Assembly: GCA_026400535.1 (NCBI GenBank)
Contig: JAPLOU010000052.1
Span: forward strand, 54,715-118,714
Length of the DNA: 64,000 bases
Reading direction: 5' to 3'
Source of the DNA: Hyphomicrobiales bacterium
GTDB taxonomy: Bacteria; Pseudomonadota; Alphaproteobacteria; Rhizobiales; Beijerinckiaceae
Of the stretch, positions 19,405-30,010 are shown one piece after another. Within the stretch, counting starts at the first letter, position 1. The number at the start of each line of letters is the position of its first letter. Below the pieces are notes generated by a model. The model was not told the DNA's origin and did not search any database. It saw nothing but the letters and a program-made list of their open reading frames with translations. The position numbers and the translations under genes were made by a program.

Positions 19405-20613
19405 ATGCGAGCGCCAGGTGACCGTTTCCGTTCAGCTTTCGCCTGCCATCCATCGCAGACGCGCGGGCGGCTGGTGGTGGAAGCCGGGTCGCTCACCCGC
19501 AGCGATTTCCAGCGCGACCGGGACCGCATCATCCACTCGACAGCATTCCGGCGCCTGAAGCACAGGACGCAGGTCTTCGTCTTCCACGAAGGAGACCATT
19601 TCCGGACGCGCCTGACCCACACCATCGAGGTCGCGCAGATCACGCGCTCGATCGCCCGCTCGCTGGGGCTCGACGAGGATCTCGCCGAAGCGCTGGCGCT
19701 GGCGCACGATCTTGGCCACACGCCATTCGGTCACACGGGGGAGGACGCGCTGCACGCCTGCATGCAGGGGTATGGCGGCTTTGATCACAATGCGCAGGCC
19801 TTGCGCATCGTGACACGGCTTGAACGGCGCTACCCGGCCTTCGACGGCCTCAACCTGACCTGGGAGACGCTCGAAGGGCTTATCAAGCACAATGGTCCCT
19901 TGCTGGATGACAGTGGTCGGCCCATGCCGCGTCATGCGCGGGACGGCGTTCCGGGCGCCATAACAGATTATAATGTCCGCAACGACCTTTGGCTGTCGAG
20001 CCATGCCAGTGCCGAAGCGCAGGTCGCCGCGCTGGCCGATGACATCGCCTACGACGCCCATGACATTGATGACGGCCTGCGGGCGGGGCTGTTCGATCTG
20101 TCCGACCTGCGGGAGGTCCCGTTCCTCGCCGGGATCCTCGCAGACATTGCCGGCCAGCATCCCGCACTGGAGCGCTCGCGCACAATCAGCGAACTGTCGC
20201 GGCGGGTGATTACCTGCTTTGTCGAGGACGTGATCGCGCAAAGCGCCCTCCAGATCGCCGAGGCCGGCGTCGCCTCGGCGGATCAGGTGCGACTGTGCGG
20301 CAGGCAACTTGTCGCGTTCTCCGCCGCTTTGGCCGCCGCCGATCGCGCCATCAAGGACTTTCTGTTTCCCCGGATGTACCGTCACCCGCGCGTAATGCGC
20401 ATCCGGCACGACGCTGCCGAGATCGTCAACGACCTGTTCCGGCGCTTCGTCGCCGAGCCCGAACTGATGCCGCCTGAGTGGCGGGAGGGCGTCGGCAGTG
20501 CTGATCCAGCCCGGCTGACCCGGCGCGTCTGCGATTACATCGCCGGCATGACGGACCGCTATGCGCTCGACGAGCATGCCCGGCTGTTTGACGTGACCCC
20601 GCAGTTGCGCTAG
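19405..20613 (+). CDS. dgt: deoxyguanosinetriphosphate triphosphohydrolase-like protein (HD domain)
   Basis: [55 protein letters not shown] 19405 preceded by GGAGG. Confidence 0.85.
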   Translation: MRAPGDRFRSAFACHPSQTRGRLVVEAGSLTRSDFQRDRDRIIHSTAFRRLKHRTQVFVFHEGDHFRTRLTHTIEVAQITRSIARSLGLDEDLAEALALAHDLGHTPFGHTGEDALHACMQGYGGFDHNAQALRIVTRLERRYPAFDGLNLTWETLEGLIKHNGPLLDDSGRPMPRHARDGVPGAITDYNVRNDLWLSSHASAEAQVAALADDIAYDAHDIDDGLRAGLFDLSDLREVPFLAGILADIAGQHPALERSRTISELSRRVITCFVEDVIAQSALQIAEAGVASADQVRLCGRQLVAFSAALAAADRAIKDFLFPRMYRHPRVMRIRHDAAEIVNDLFRRFVAEPELMPPEWREGVGSADPARLTRRVCDYIAGMTDRYALDEHARLFDVTPQLR

Positions 20614-20693
20614 GCGCGCCCGAAGCCGACAGCGTTTGATCAGGGCTGAATTGACTCAAGATGACAGGATGCGCCCCCAAGGCGCTGCAGGCC

Positions 20694-22457
20694 ATGAACA
20701 TTTTCGATGTTTTCACCGCAAGGGTCGCCTCGATCCTGCAGTCACTTGCCGAGCGGGGCGCGGTCCCAGCCGGGCTCGATCTGTCGCGCGTGGTGGTGGA
20801 GCCGCCGCGCGACGCCAGCCATGGCGATCTCGCAACCAACGCTGCCATGGCGCTGGCGCGCGACGCGAAAATGAACCCGCGCCAGTTGGCCGAACTCATC
20901 GCGCCCGAACTGGCGAAGGATGCGGACGTGGCCAACATCTCGGTCGCCGGGCCGGGCTTCATCAATCTGGGCCTGAAGCCGTCGGTGTTCGAGGCCGTTC
21001 TGCGCGAGGCAGTCCGAGCCGGAGCGGCGTTCGGCAAGGGCGTGCCGCAGGCGCTGCCGAAGGTCAATGTCGAATATGTCTCGGCCAACCCGACAGGGCC
21101 GATGCATGTCGGCCACGGGCGCGGCGCGGTCTTCGGGGACGCGCTGGCGAACCTGCTGGCATTTGCCGGGCGCGACGTCACGCGCGAGTACTACATCAAC
21201 GACGCCGGCGCGCAGGTCGATGTGCTCGCACGCTCCGCCTTCCTGCGCTACCGCGAGGCGTTGGGCGAGGATATTGGCCCCATTCCGGAAGGGCTCTATC
21301 CAGGGGATTATCTGGTGTCAGTCGGGCAGACGCTGGCCGCCAGCCACGGGGCGGCTTTGCTGCATCAGCCGGAAGCCGACTGGCTGCCGCGGGTCCGCAC
21401 GGTCGCTATTGATGGCATGATGGCCATGATCCGTGAGGATCTCGCTGCGCTGGGTGTGGTCCACAAGGTCTTCTTTTCGGAGCGCTCCTTGCAGGACGGC
21501 GGCCAAGGAGGCGAGGTCGCCACTGCCATCGCGGTGCTCCAGGCCCGCGGCCTGATCTACGAGGGGCGCTTGCCTCCGCCCAAGGGCCAGAAGGACGAGG
21601 ACTGGGAGGATCGCGTGCAGACGCTGTTCCGCTCGACCGAATTTGGCGACGATGTCGACCGGCCGCTGATGAAGTCCGATGGCGGTTACACCTATTTCGC
21701 TTCCGACATCGCCTACCACAAGTCCAAGTTCGACCGTGACTTTGCCGAGATGATCAACATCTGGGGCGCGGACCATGGCGGCTACGTCAAGCGCATGCAG
21801 GCTGCGGTGAAAGCGCTGACCAGTGGCGAGGGCACGCTCGACATCAAGCTTGTCCAGCTGGTCAAGCTGATGCGGGACGGCGAACCGGTGAAGATGTCGA
21901 AGCGCTCAGGCGATTTCGTCACGCTGCGCGAGGTCATCGACGAGGTCGGGCGCGATGCGGTCCGCTTCATGATGCTGTTCCGCAAGAATGACGCGACGCT
22001 GGAATTCGATCTGGCCAAGGTCGTGGAGCAGTCGAAGGACAATCCGGTCTTCTACGTCCAGTATGCCCATGCCCGCTGTGCCTCGATCTTCCGGCAGGCG
22101 GCAGAGGCCATGCCGGGGGTCGATGTGTCAGCGAAGACGCTGGCCGAAGCGGACCTCGCCTTGCTGACGGATGATTCGGAACTGGCGCTGATCAGGCTTA
22201 TAGCCCAGTATCCGCGCCTGATCGAACAGGCCGCATCGGCCCATGAGCCGCACCGCGTGGCATTTTACCTGTATGATCTTGCACAATCCTTCCATTCGCT
22301 TTGGAATAAGGGCAGGGACGATCAGCAATTACGATTCGTTAATCATAACCGGCCAGAGTTGACACGAGCGAGGCTGTCGCTTGTGCAAGCGGTGCGGTCT
22401 GTCCTTGCGTCGGGTCTTGGCGTGATTGGCGTTTCAAATCCGTCGGAAATGCGTTGA
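20694..22457 (+). CDS. argS: arginine--tRNA ligase
   Basis: MNIFDVF..., [15 protein letters not shown] (HIGH-type), VKMSKRSG (KMSK). Confidence 0.95.
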   Translation: MNIFDVFTARVASILQSLAERGAVPAGLDLSRVVVEPPRDASHGDLATNAAMALARDAKMNPRQLAELIAPELAKDADVANISVAGPGFINLGLKPSVFEAVLREAVRAGAAFGKGVPQALPKVNVEYVSANPTGPMHVGHGRGAVFGDALANLLAFAGRDVTREYYINDAGAQVDVLARSAFLRYREALGEDIGPIPEGLYPGDYLVSVGQTLAASHGAALLHQPEADWLPRVRTVAIDGMMAMIREDLAALGVVHKVFFSERSLQDGGQGGEVATAIAVLQARGLIYEGRLPPPKGQKDEDWEDRVQTLFRSTEFGDDVDRPLMKSDGGYTYFASDIAYHKSKFDRDFAEMINIWGADHGGYVKRMQAAVKALTSGEGTLDIKLVQLVKLMRDGEPVKMSKRSGDFVTLREVIDEVGRDAVRFMMLFRKNDATLEFDLAKVVEQSKDNPVFYVQYAHARCASIFRQAAEAMPGVDVSAKTLAEADLALLTDDSELALIRLIAQYPRLIEQAASAHEPHRVAFYLYDLAQSFHSLWNKGRDDQQLRFVNHNRPELTRARLSLVQAVRSVLASGLGVIGVSNPSEMR

Positions 22458-22550
22458 AGGCTGCAAACGGCTTTCCGCGCCAGACAGTATCTGCATAGCT
22501 TGCTGAAAAGGGCACAAAATCGCCTTAACTTGCAGGCAAGGAAGGTCGCC

Positions 22551-24242
22551 ATGTTAGACCAGACAAAGAGCCGATTGGCCGTTGACCTTGACGATCTCGA
22601 GCGTCAGCTTCGGCAGACTGCCAGTGCCCAGCCAAAGGCTGTTCAGGGCGATCCCCTTGCCGAGCTTGCCCGTATCGTCGGGCAGGACGATCCGTTCAAG
22701 GCGATGTTTGCCGAAAGGCAAGACAGGCCTGCTCCAGCGCCGGAAAGCCCGCGCGTGCCCCCGTTGCAAGTTGTCCGCCCTCCCGCGCCTGAACCGGCGC
22801 CCGAACCGGCGCTGCTATCGGACGAGCCCATCGCGCTTGGTGCGGACGGCTTGCCGTCCTTGTCCAAGAGCATGATGGATGAGTTTGACGCGCTCCTGCG
22901 CGCCGAGATTCGTGGCCCGATCTCGGATACACGTCCCGTCGTCCCTGAACGCCTCGCTGACGAGCCGGTTGGCATCGCGCCTGACGACGCTGCGCGTGAG
23001 GGCGAGTTCGCCGCCGGCGAAGCTGATCCGCGGGCTGAGCCGCGTCAGCTCGACGGGTTGCCGCGTGACATCTACGCCGACGAGCGGGTGCCGCCGGACG
23101 GTAGCTATGCCCCGCCGCCCACCGTAGCTCACGTCGAGCAGCCTGCAGGGCCACAGGACGATCTGCGCAGCCTTGAACCACGCCAGCCCGGAAAGGGCCT
23201 CGTGATCGCCGGGGCGTTGCTGGGGGTGGCTGTTCTGGGAATTGGCGCCGTGATCGGCCTGCGCAGTTTTTCCGGTCCCGTGCGGGCTCCGACCGGCGAG
23301 CCTCCGCTCATCAAGGCGGAGGCCGGCCCGGTCAAGGTCGCGCCGCTGAACCCCGGCGGCGTGGAGATTCCCAATCAGAACAAGCAGATCCTTGAGCGTA
23401 CGCCCGAGCCACGGGTCGCTGACACGCGGGTCGTCAACCGCGAGGAGCAGCCTGTCGATGTGCAGGCGATCGCGCGCTCGACGCCGCGTGTGATCCTGCC
23501 GCGCCCGGAAGGCACGCCCGAGCCGGCCGCGACGCCGGCCGCTGTTCCGCCTTCCGGAACGCCGTCTGCCAGCCCGCCGGCAACGGTCGCGGCCGTGTCC
23601 TTGGCACCTGCGGCAGTGCCCGCCCCTGCGACGCCGGCTGCTGCACCGGCTCTTGGCGAGCCGCGCCGGGTACGCACGGTTGCTGTCCGCCCGGATGGTA
23701 GCATCGCCCCGGTGAACGCTGGGCCCGCTGCGGCGGCCCCTGTGGTGTCGGCGCCGCCTGCCAGCCCTGTCGCGTCTGCCCCCGCACCGGCGCCCGCCCT
23801 GCCTGCCGTCGCCACCGTGCCGTCCCCCGCACCGCGTCCGCCCGCTGTGACCGCCCGTCCGGCTCCGATTGATGAGAAACCTGCTACCCGTCCGGCTGCA
23901 CCGCCAATACCGCCCCGCCAGCAGATCGCTGCGGCTCCGGCGATGGCGCCGACCCCGGCTCCCGCAGGGACGACGCGCGCAACGGATGCCGAAGGCGGCG
24001 GTTTCATGGTCCAGCTTGGGGCCCCGGGCAGCGAATCTGAGGCCCGTGCCTCGTTCGCCGCCTTGCAGCGGCGCTTCGGCGATCAACTCTCCGGGGAATC
24101 GCCGACCATTCGCCGTGCCGAACTGGGCAATGGCCGCACGGTCTACCGCCTGCGGGTCGGCCCCTATTCGCGGGAGGATGCTGCGGAGAAGTGCCAGGCG
24201 TTGCAGGCCGCCGGCGGTCAGTGCTTCGTCGCGCGCAACTGA
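22551..24242 (+). CDS. SPOR domain-containing protein (Pro/Ala-rich linker)
   Basis: One TM (GLVIAGALLGVAVLGIGAVIGL), long P/A-rich region, C-terminal SPOR-like GGFMVQLGAPGSESEARASFAAL...YRLRVGPYSREDAAEKCQALQAAGGQCFV. Confidence 0.8.
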   Translation: MLDQTKSRLAVDLDDLERQLRQTASAQPKAVQGDPLAELARIVGQDDPFKAMFAERQDRPAPAPESPRVPPLQVVRPPAPEPAPEPALLSDEPIALGADGLPSLSKSMMDEFDALLRAEIRGPISDTRPVVPERLADEPVGIAPDDAAREGEFAAGEADPRAEPRQLDGLPRDIYADERVPPDGSYAPPPTVAHVEQPAGPQDDLRSLEPRQPGKGLVIAGALLGVAVLGIGAVIGLRSFSGPVRAPTGEPPLIKAEAGPVKVAPLNPGGVEIPNQNKQILERTPEPRVADTRVVNREEQPVDVQAIARSTPRVILPRPEGTPEPAATPAAVPPSGTPSASPPATVAAVSLAPAAVPAPATPAAAPALGEPRRVRTVAVRPDGSIAPVNAGPAAAAPVVSAPPASPVASAPAPAPALPAVATVPSPAPRPPAVTARPAPIDEKPATRPAAPPIPPRQQIAAAPAMAPTPAPAGTTRATDAEGGGFMVQLGAPGSESEARASFAALQRRFGDQLSGESPTIRRAELGNGRTVYRLRVGPYSREDAAEKCQALQAAGGQCFVARN

Positions 24243-24266
24243 TCTTCTCGGCCAATCGAATTGAGC

Positions 24267-24292
24267 GCGGCCGGGCCATCCCCGGCCGTTTT
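24267..24292 (+). terminator. rho-independent terminator candidate after the SPOR gene
   Basis: CGGCCGGG (24268-24275) pairs with CCCGGCCG (24281-24288), followed by TTTT (24289-24292). Confidence 0.55.
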
Positions 24293-24360
24293 GCTGTAAT
24301 CCCCAGCATTAGCGCTTGGGGCGCTTGACCCGCCGGCTGGTTTGCCGTCCCCGTTCCGGC

Positions 24361-25371
24361 ATGACCACGAAGGCCTTCATCGCCGGATGCGCCGGCCTGG
24401 AACTGACGGAAGCCGAGCGCGCGTTTTTTGCAGGAAACCAGCCCTGGGGCTTCATCCTGTTCAGGCGCAACATTGCCGACCGCGCGCAGGTCGCGGCGCT
24501 GACCGCAAGCCTGCGGGCGGCGGTGGGCCGACATGCCCCGATTCTGATCGATCAGGAGGGGGGACGGGTGCAGCGCATGCGCCCCCCGAACTGGCCGGCC
24601 TATCCGGCCGGGCGCTGGTTCGGGCAGATCAACGATCCATTGCGCCGCACGGCACTGGCGCGGCTCTCGGCACGGCTGATGGCCCATGACCTGCGCGCGG
24701 TCGGGATCGATGTTGATTGCCTGCCGGTTCTCGACGTGCCAGTCGCGGGCGCCCATGACGTCATCGGCGACCGCGCCTATGCCTTTCATCCCGATGAGGT
24801 GGCGCGGATCGGCCGCGCCGCCGCCGAGGGGCTTCTGGCCGGCGGCGTCCTGCCGGTGATCAAGCACATGCCGGGCCATGGCCGGGCCGGTGCCGACAGC
24901 CACCTCGCCTTGCCTCGCGTCAGCGCCGCGCTGGATGACTTGCGCAGCCATGATTTCCCGCCCTTCCGCCATCTTGCTGACATGCCGATGGCGATGACGG
25001 CCCATGTGGTGTTCGAGGCCATTGATCCGTCCGCGCCCGCCACGACGTCGCGCAAGGTGTTTCGCCGCATCATGCGCGGCGAATTGCGCTATGACGGCCT
25101 TGTCATGACGGATGACCTGTCGATGAAGGCGCTGTCCGGCAACTTCGCGGAGCGGGCGTCGGCGGCCTATGCTGCGGGGTGCGACATGATCTTGCATTGC
25201 AACGGTATCATGGACGAGATGGCGCGCGTCGCCGAGGCTGCGCTGCCCCTGGCTGGCGCGGCACGGCGCCGGGCAAAGGCGGCCTTGGCGCGCATCGCAC
25301 ATGAGCCAGAGCCGCTGGATCGCGGTGCGGTTGCGGAGGACATTGCCCGGATCCTTGCAGCCGCCGGGTGA
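24361..25371 (+). CDS. nagZ: beta-N-acetylhexosaminidase (GH3)
   Basis: ILIDQEGGRVQR, VIKHMPGHGRA, LVMTDDLSM. Confidence 0.9.
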   Translation: MTTKAFIAGCAGLELTEAERAFFAGNQPWGFILFRRNIADRAQVAALTASLRAAVGRHAPILIDQEGGRVQRMRPPNWPAYPAGRWFGQINDPLRRTALARLSARLMAHDLRAVGIDVDCLPVLDVPVAGAHDVIGDRAYAFHPDEVARIGRAAAEGLLAGGVLPVIKHMPGHGRAGADSHLALPRVSAALDDLRSHDFPPFRHLADMPMAMTAHVVFEAIDPSAPATTSRKVFRRIMRGELRYDGLVMTDDLSMKALSGNFAERASAAYAAGCDMILHCNGIMDEMARVAEAALPLAGAARRRAKAALARIAHEPEPLDRGAVAEDIARILAAAG

Positions 25372-25407
25372 TCAGGGCAGGTTTCTTTCAAGCGGGACAC
25401 CGAATCA

Positions 25408-26208
25408 GTGGCAAAGCAGTTGCCTTTCGATGACTTTACGCCGGGCGAGCGCGCTGACAGTGAGCCGCTGCTGGTCGTCGATGTCGATGGTTTCGAAGGT
25501 CCGCTCGACCTTCTGCTGGAATTGGCGCGGCGTCAGAAGGTCGATCTGTCGCGCATCTCCATCCTCGCGCTCGCCGACCAGTATCTGGCCTTCGTTGACA
25601 GCGCCCGCCGCTTTCGGCTCGAACTGGCGGCTGACTATCTCGTAATGGCGGCCTGGCTGGCCTATCTCAAATCGCGGCTGTTGCTGCCGGAGCCGCCCCA
25701 GGCCGATGAACCCAGCGCGGCCGACCTCGCCACTGCGCTGGCCCTGCGCCTGCGTCGTCTCGAAGCCATCCGCGAGGCGGCGCGGCTTCTGGCGTCCCGT
25801 CCGCAGCTTGGCCGCGACGTCTTCGCCCGCGGGCACACCGAACTGCCGACGGCGGAGCCGGATGGTGCCTGGGTGGCCACACTCTACGACCTGCTCAGCG
25901 CCTATGCGCGCCAGCGCCAGAGGCACGCTGTGTCGCGCGTCACGGTCCACAAGCGCTTTGTCTGGTCGCTGGTCGAGGCCCGCGAGGCCTTGCAGAAGCT
26001 GGTCGGCCTGGCCGCCGACTGGACCACTCTGGACATTTATCTGCGCGAATACGCCATGGAGCCGGCAATGACGGCGACGGTGCGCGCATCCGCCCTGTCG
26101 GCGCTGCTGGAGATGGTCAGGGAAGGTCTCGTCGACATTCGGCAGGATCGTCCGTTTTCGGCGCTTTACCTGCGCCGGCGCGGCTCGCCGCAGCCGGCGG
26201 CACAGTAG
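25408..26208 (+). CDS. scpA: segregation and condensation protein A
   Basis: GTG start. VDVDGFEGPLDLLLELARRQKVDLSRISILALADQYLAF. Confidence 0.9.
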   Translation: MAKQLPFDDFTPGERADSEPLLVVDVDGFEGPLDLLLELARRQKVDLSRISILALADQYLAFVDSARRFRLELAADYLVMAAWLAYLKSRLLLPEPPQADEPSAADLATALALRLRRLEAIREAARLLASRPQLGRDVFARGHTELPTAEPDGAWVATLYDLLSAYARQRQRHAVSRVTVHKRFVWSLVEAREALQKLVGLAADWTTLDIYLREYAMEPAMTATVRASALSALLEMVREGLVDIRQDRPFSALYLRRRGSPQPAAQ

Positions 26209-26219
26209 GGGAGGATTGC

Positions 26220-26915
26220 ATGGTTGCTCTGGCCCGACTGCACGAGGATGCCGGCCCTGCCGGGCAGGACCTGTCCGCCATGGCGGAGGCGCTGCGGGTG
26301 GCGGAAGCGCTGCTGTTCGCCTCTTCCGAGCCGGTCTCCGAGGCGGAACTGGCCGGATTCCTGCCGCACAGCGTCAGTGCTGCGGCTGTGCTCGCCAGGC
26401 TCGAGGCCGAGTACGCCCATCGCGGCGTCACGCTTGTGCAGGTCGCCGGCAAATGGGCCTTTCGCACGGCCGAGGATCTTGGCCACCTGCTGGTGCGCCG
26501 CGTCGAGGAGCCGCGCCGGCTTACGCGCGCAGCGCTCGAAACGCTGGCCATTATCGCCTACCATCAGCCTGTGACCCGTGCCGAGATCGAGGAAATCCGC
26601 GGCGTGGCGACGTCAAAGGGCACGCTCGACACGCTGCTGGAGGCCGGCTGGATCCGGCTGCGCGGCCGTCGTCGTACGCCGGGCCGCCCGCTGACCTATG
26701 GAACGACGGCGGCCTTTCTGGAGCAGTTCGGGCTTGACCGGGTTGATGATCTGCCCGGCCTCGACGAGCTGAAGGGCGCGGGCTTCATCGAAGGACGCCT
26801 GCCCAAGGGCATCGACGTGCCGATGCCGAACGACGATCCGGGCCTGCGCGATGACGAAGACCCGCTCGATGACCTGTTCTTGCCTCTTGACGCGGGCGCC
26901 CCGGAAGCGGAATGA
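26220..26915 (+). CDS. scpB: SMC-Scp complex subunit ScpB
   Basis: EALLFASSEPVSEAELA, LTRAALETLAIIAYHQPVTRAEIEEIRGV, GRRRTPGRPLTYGTT. Confidence 0.9.
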   Translation: MVALARLHEDAGPAGQDLSAMAEALRVAEALLFASSEPVSEAELAGFLPHSVSAAAVLARLEAEYAHRGVTLVQVAGKWAFRTAEDLGHLLVRRVEEPRRLTRAALETLAIIAYHQPVTRAEIEEIRGVATSKGTLDTLLEAGWIRLRGRRRTPGRPLTYGTTAAFLEQFGLDRVDDLPGLDELKGAGFIEGRLPKGIDVPMPNDDPGLRDDEDPLDDLFLPLDAGAPEAE

Positions 26916-26955
26916 CGTCGGGTTCCTGACAAGCCTGACGGAAATCGCTTGCTGA

Positions 26956-28071
26956 ATGTCACCGGACACCGACATCGACCGCGGCTGGCGCGGCTGGGGC
27001 CGCCGCGGCACGGCGGGCGCGTCGATTCCGGCCACGCTCTCCTTCGAAGAGGTCTGGCAGCAGTACGGCGACGTGACGGCGCTAGCCGGCGTGACGCTAG
27101 AGATCGCCGCCGGCGAGGTGGTCTGCCTGCTCGGTCAGTCGGGCTGCGGCAAATCCACGCTGCTGCGCATCGCGGCGGGCGTCGAGCACCCGGCAGCGGG
27201 GCGCGTGCGGCTCGATGGCCGCGAGGTGGCGGGCCCTGACCGTTTCGTCGATCCCGACAAGCGCGGTGTCGGCTTGATGTTTCAGGATTACGCGCTGTTT
27301 CCCCATCTCAGCGTGCTTGGCAATGTCAGCTATGGCATCCGTGGCCTGAGCGCCGCAGACACAAGGGCTAGCGCCTTGCGCGCTCTCGGACGGGTGGGGC
27401 TGGCCGAGATGGGGCACGTCTTTCCGCACATGCTTTCGGGGGGCGAGCAGCAGCGCGTGGCGCTGGCCCGTGCGGTGGCGCCGCGGCCGGGCGTGCTGCT
27501 GATGGATGAGCCTTTCTCCAATCTCGACCGCCGGCTCAAGGATGCGGTGCGCGAGGAAACCGTGGCCGTCATCCGCGAAACCGGGGCCACATCGGTGATT
27601 GTCACGCATGATCCGGAGGATGCCATGCGCATCGCCGACCGCATCATCCTGATGCGCAAGGGCCGCATCGTCCAGTCCGGGCCCGGCGAGGAACTCTACA
27701 TGCATCCGAACAGCCTGTTTGTGGCGCGCTTCTTCAGCGACTTCAACGAGGTCGGTGCCGTGGTCGGTAACGGCGCGGTGGAAACCCCTTTCGGCCGCAT
27801 TGCTGCCCCCGGTCTCGCCGATGGTCAGCGTGCGGTGATCTGCATCCGGCCGCAGGCGGTGGTGCTGCGCGCCGCGGGCTTTTGCCTGCCAGGGCGCGTG
27901 ATGTCGCGGCGTTTCCTCGGCGAGGTCGACGTGCTGCAGGTCGCAGTGCAGGGATTCGACAGGCCATTGACCATCCGTGCCCCGGAACATAAGCCCTTTG
28001 CCGAAGGTGCGGATGTTGGCGTCGACATCAAACGCGAGGAAGTCCTTGTGTTCTTGGATGCCGAACCCTAG
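26956..28071 (+). CDS. ABC transporter ATP-binding protein (FbpC/PotA-like importer ATPase), no cognate permease adjacent
   Basis: Walker A GQSGCGKST, signature LSGGEQQRVALARA, Walker B LLMDEPFSNLD, TOBE-like C-terminus. Confidence 0.85.
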   Translation: MSPDTDIDRGWRGWGRRGTAGASIPATLSFEEVWQQYGDVTALAGVTLEIAAGEVVCLLGQSGCGKSTLLRIAAGVEHPAAGRVRLDGREVAGPDRFVDPDKRGVGLMFQDYALFPHLSVLGNVSYGIRGLSAADTRASALRALGRVGLAEMGHVFPHMLSGGEQQRVALARAVAPRPGVLLMDEPFSNLDRRLKDAVREETVAVIRETGATSVIVTHDPEDAMRIADRIILMRKGRIVQSGPGEELYMHPNSLFVARFFSDFNEVGAVVGNGAVETPFGRIAAPGLADGQRAVICIRPQAVVLRAAGFCLPGRVMSRRFLGEVDVLQVAVQGFDRPLTIRAPEHKPFAEGADVGVDIKREEVLVFLDAEP

Positions 28072-28134
28072 TTTCCGCCTCAAGGCCAGCCGGGCCGTTC
28101 CGGCGGCACAAGTCTTGACGTCAAGGAGTTCGCC

Positions 28135-28380
28135 ATGGGCGGCGTGAGTATCTGGCACTGGATCGTTGTCGGCATCATCGTGATGCTGCTGTTCGGACGT
28201 GGCAAGGTCTCGGAACTGATGGGAGATGTCGCCAAGGGCATCAAGTCGTTCAAGAAGGGCATGGCCGAGGAAGAAAACCCGCCGGCCCCGACTGCAGCGA
28301 CAGAGCCTCCCAAGACGATCGATCAGACGGCAGCTGCCACTGCCACTGCGCAGAAAGTTGAGGCTGAGCGCAAGGTGTGA
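28135..28380 (+). CDS. tatA: twin-arginine translocase subunit TatA
   Basis: [42 protein letters not shown]. Confidence 0.9.
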   Translation: MGGVSIWHWIVVGIIVMLLFGRGKVSELMGDVAKGIKSFKKGMAEEENPPAPTAATEPPKTIDQTAAATATAQKVEAERKV

Positions 28381-28455
28381 GCCTGCGGAGACCTCCAACA
28401 GGGAGCGTCGGGGTGACCCCGCCACGCTGGAACATCTGAATGATTGGCAGCGCCA

Positions 28456-28941
28456 ATGTTTGACATCGCCTGGAGCGAAATGATGCTCATTGGTGCCGTC
28501 GCGCTCGTCGTGATCGGCCCCAAGGACCTGCCCAAGGCCTTGCGGTCGGTGGGCGAGGCCGTCGGCAAGATCAAGCGCATGGCCGCAGAGTTTCAGGGTC
28601 AGTTCAACGACGCGATGCGTGAAGCCGAACTGCATGACCTCAAGAAGCAGGTCGAGGATGTCGGCGGCAGCGTGCAGGCGGCCACAAAGGTCGATTTTAA
28701 CCCGATCCAGACCATTCGCGAGGAGCTCAAGGGCGTCGCCGCACCGGCCGCCGCCACGACCGCTCCAGTCGCGCTGGGTACTGATGCGGCTGCGCCGATG
28801 CCGACAGCCGATCCCGTAATCCCGCTGCCGGAGCCGCCTCCGCCTTTTGATCCGGCGGAACTGGCCGCTGCGCCCGAACCGGCCGCCAAACCGAAGCGGA
28901 CCCGCAAGAAGGCCGCCGAGGCAGACGGGGACGCTGCATGA
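28456..28941 (+). CDS. tatB: twin-arginine translocase subunit TatB
   Basis: MFDIAWSEMMLIGAVALVVIGPKDLPKALRSVGEAVGKIKRMAAEF. ATG 28456. Confidence 0.9.
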   Translation: MFDIAWSEMMLIGAVALVVIGPKDLPKALRSVGEAVGKIKRMAAEFQGQFNDAMREAELHDLKKQVEDVGGSVQAATKVDFNPIQTIREELKGVAAPAAATTAPVALGTDAAAPMPTADPVIPLPEPPPPFDPAELAAAPEPAAKPKRTRKKAAEADGDAA

Positions 28942-29768
28942 CCGACGCCATTGCCGACGCGAGTGCCAAGCGCCCCGGCGAGGATGAGATCGAGGCATCG
29001 CGCGCGCCGTTGATCGAGCACCTGATCGAGCTGCGGTCGCGGCTGATCAAATCGCTGCTTGCCTTCATCATCATGTTCTTCGTCTGTTTTGCCGGCGCAA
29101 AGTACATCTACAACGTGCTGGTCGCACCTTATGTCTGGGCGGCGGGCGGTCCTGAAAAGGCGAAGCTGATTTATACGGCGCCGCTCGAGTATCTCTTCAC
29201 CCAGATCAAGATCGCGGCCTTTGGTGCCGGCTTTTTCGCCTTCCCCGTGATTGCGACGCAGATCTACAAGTTCGTCGCGCCCGGGCTGTACAGGAACGAG
29301 CGCGATGCGTTCCGGCCCTATCTGTTCGCCACGCCGCTCTTTTTCGTCATGGGCGCGGCCATGGTCTTCTTCTTCGCCATGCCGGTGCTGATGCAGTTCT
29401 CGCTCGGCATGCAGCAGGCTGCCAGCGCCGAACAGGCCGGCATCGAGCTATTGCCCAAGGTGAGCGAATACCTATCGCTGATCATGACGCTGATCTTCGC
29501 CTTTGGCATCTCGTTCCAGTTGCCGGTGGTGCTGACGCTGCTTGGGCAGGCCGGCATCATCGATGTCAGATTCCTGAAGGAAAAGCGGCGCTACGCCATC
29601 GTTTTCGTCTTCATCGTCGCCGCCGTGCTGACCCCGCCCGACGTGCTCAGTCAGCTCATGCTCGCCATCCCGATGCTGATGCTCTACGAACTGTCGATTT
29701 TCTCGGTTGGCTACGTCGAGAAAAAGCGCGCGGCGAAGCGGGCTGAAGAGGAGGCCGCGGCGACGTGA
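28938..29768 (+). CDS. tatC: twin-arginine translocase subunit TatC
   Basis: ATGA overlap with tatB. PLIEHLIELRSRLIKSL..., six-TM TatC pattern, LTPPDVLSQ. Confidence 0.95.
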   Translation: MTDAIADASAKRPGEDEIEASRAPLIEHLIELRSRLIKSLLAFIIMFFVCFAGAKYIYNVLVAPYVWAAGGPEKAKLIYTAPLEYLFTQIKIAAFGAGFFAFPVIATQIYKFVAPGLYRNERDAFRPYLFATPLFFVMGAAMVFFFAMPVLMQFSLGMQQAASAEQAGIELLPKVSEYLSLIMTLIFAFGISFQLPVVLTLLGQAGIIDVRFLKEKRRYAIVFVFIVAAVLTPPDVLSQLMLAIPMLMLYELSIFSVGYVEKKRAAKRAEEEAAAT

Positions 29769-30010
29769 GCTTCTGACCTTTCCCCGCCGTTCTGATGCCG
29801 CCCCGCTTCGCCCCTATCCCGAGGGGCAGGGAACTGCGTCACAGTGCTGCTTGGTCCATCTTGCGTGCCAAGCCCGAAAACTGAGAACTTGCCGCAGTAA
29901 GGGGAGCTCTTGCTGGGGGGTAAGGGAGAGGGCGCGCGGGGTGCGCCAACGAACTGGCGCAAATCCCTGCACCCTGCTATCCGGCTCGTCACCACCGGAG
30001 CTGATTGGCC

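Noticed and set aside
22815-25302. 423-aa and 432-aa minus-strand ORFs over the SPOR and nagZ genes
   Set aside because: Shadow ORFs of high-GC coding regions. Extremely Arg/Gly-rich translations. The + strand genes carry clear SPOR and GH3 motifs.
27097-28998. 633-aa minus-strand ORF covering the ABC ATPase, tatA and tatB
   Set aside because: It spans three well-supported + strand genes and two intergenic regions, and no motif is present. Shadow ORF.
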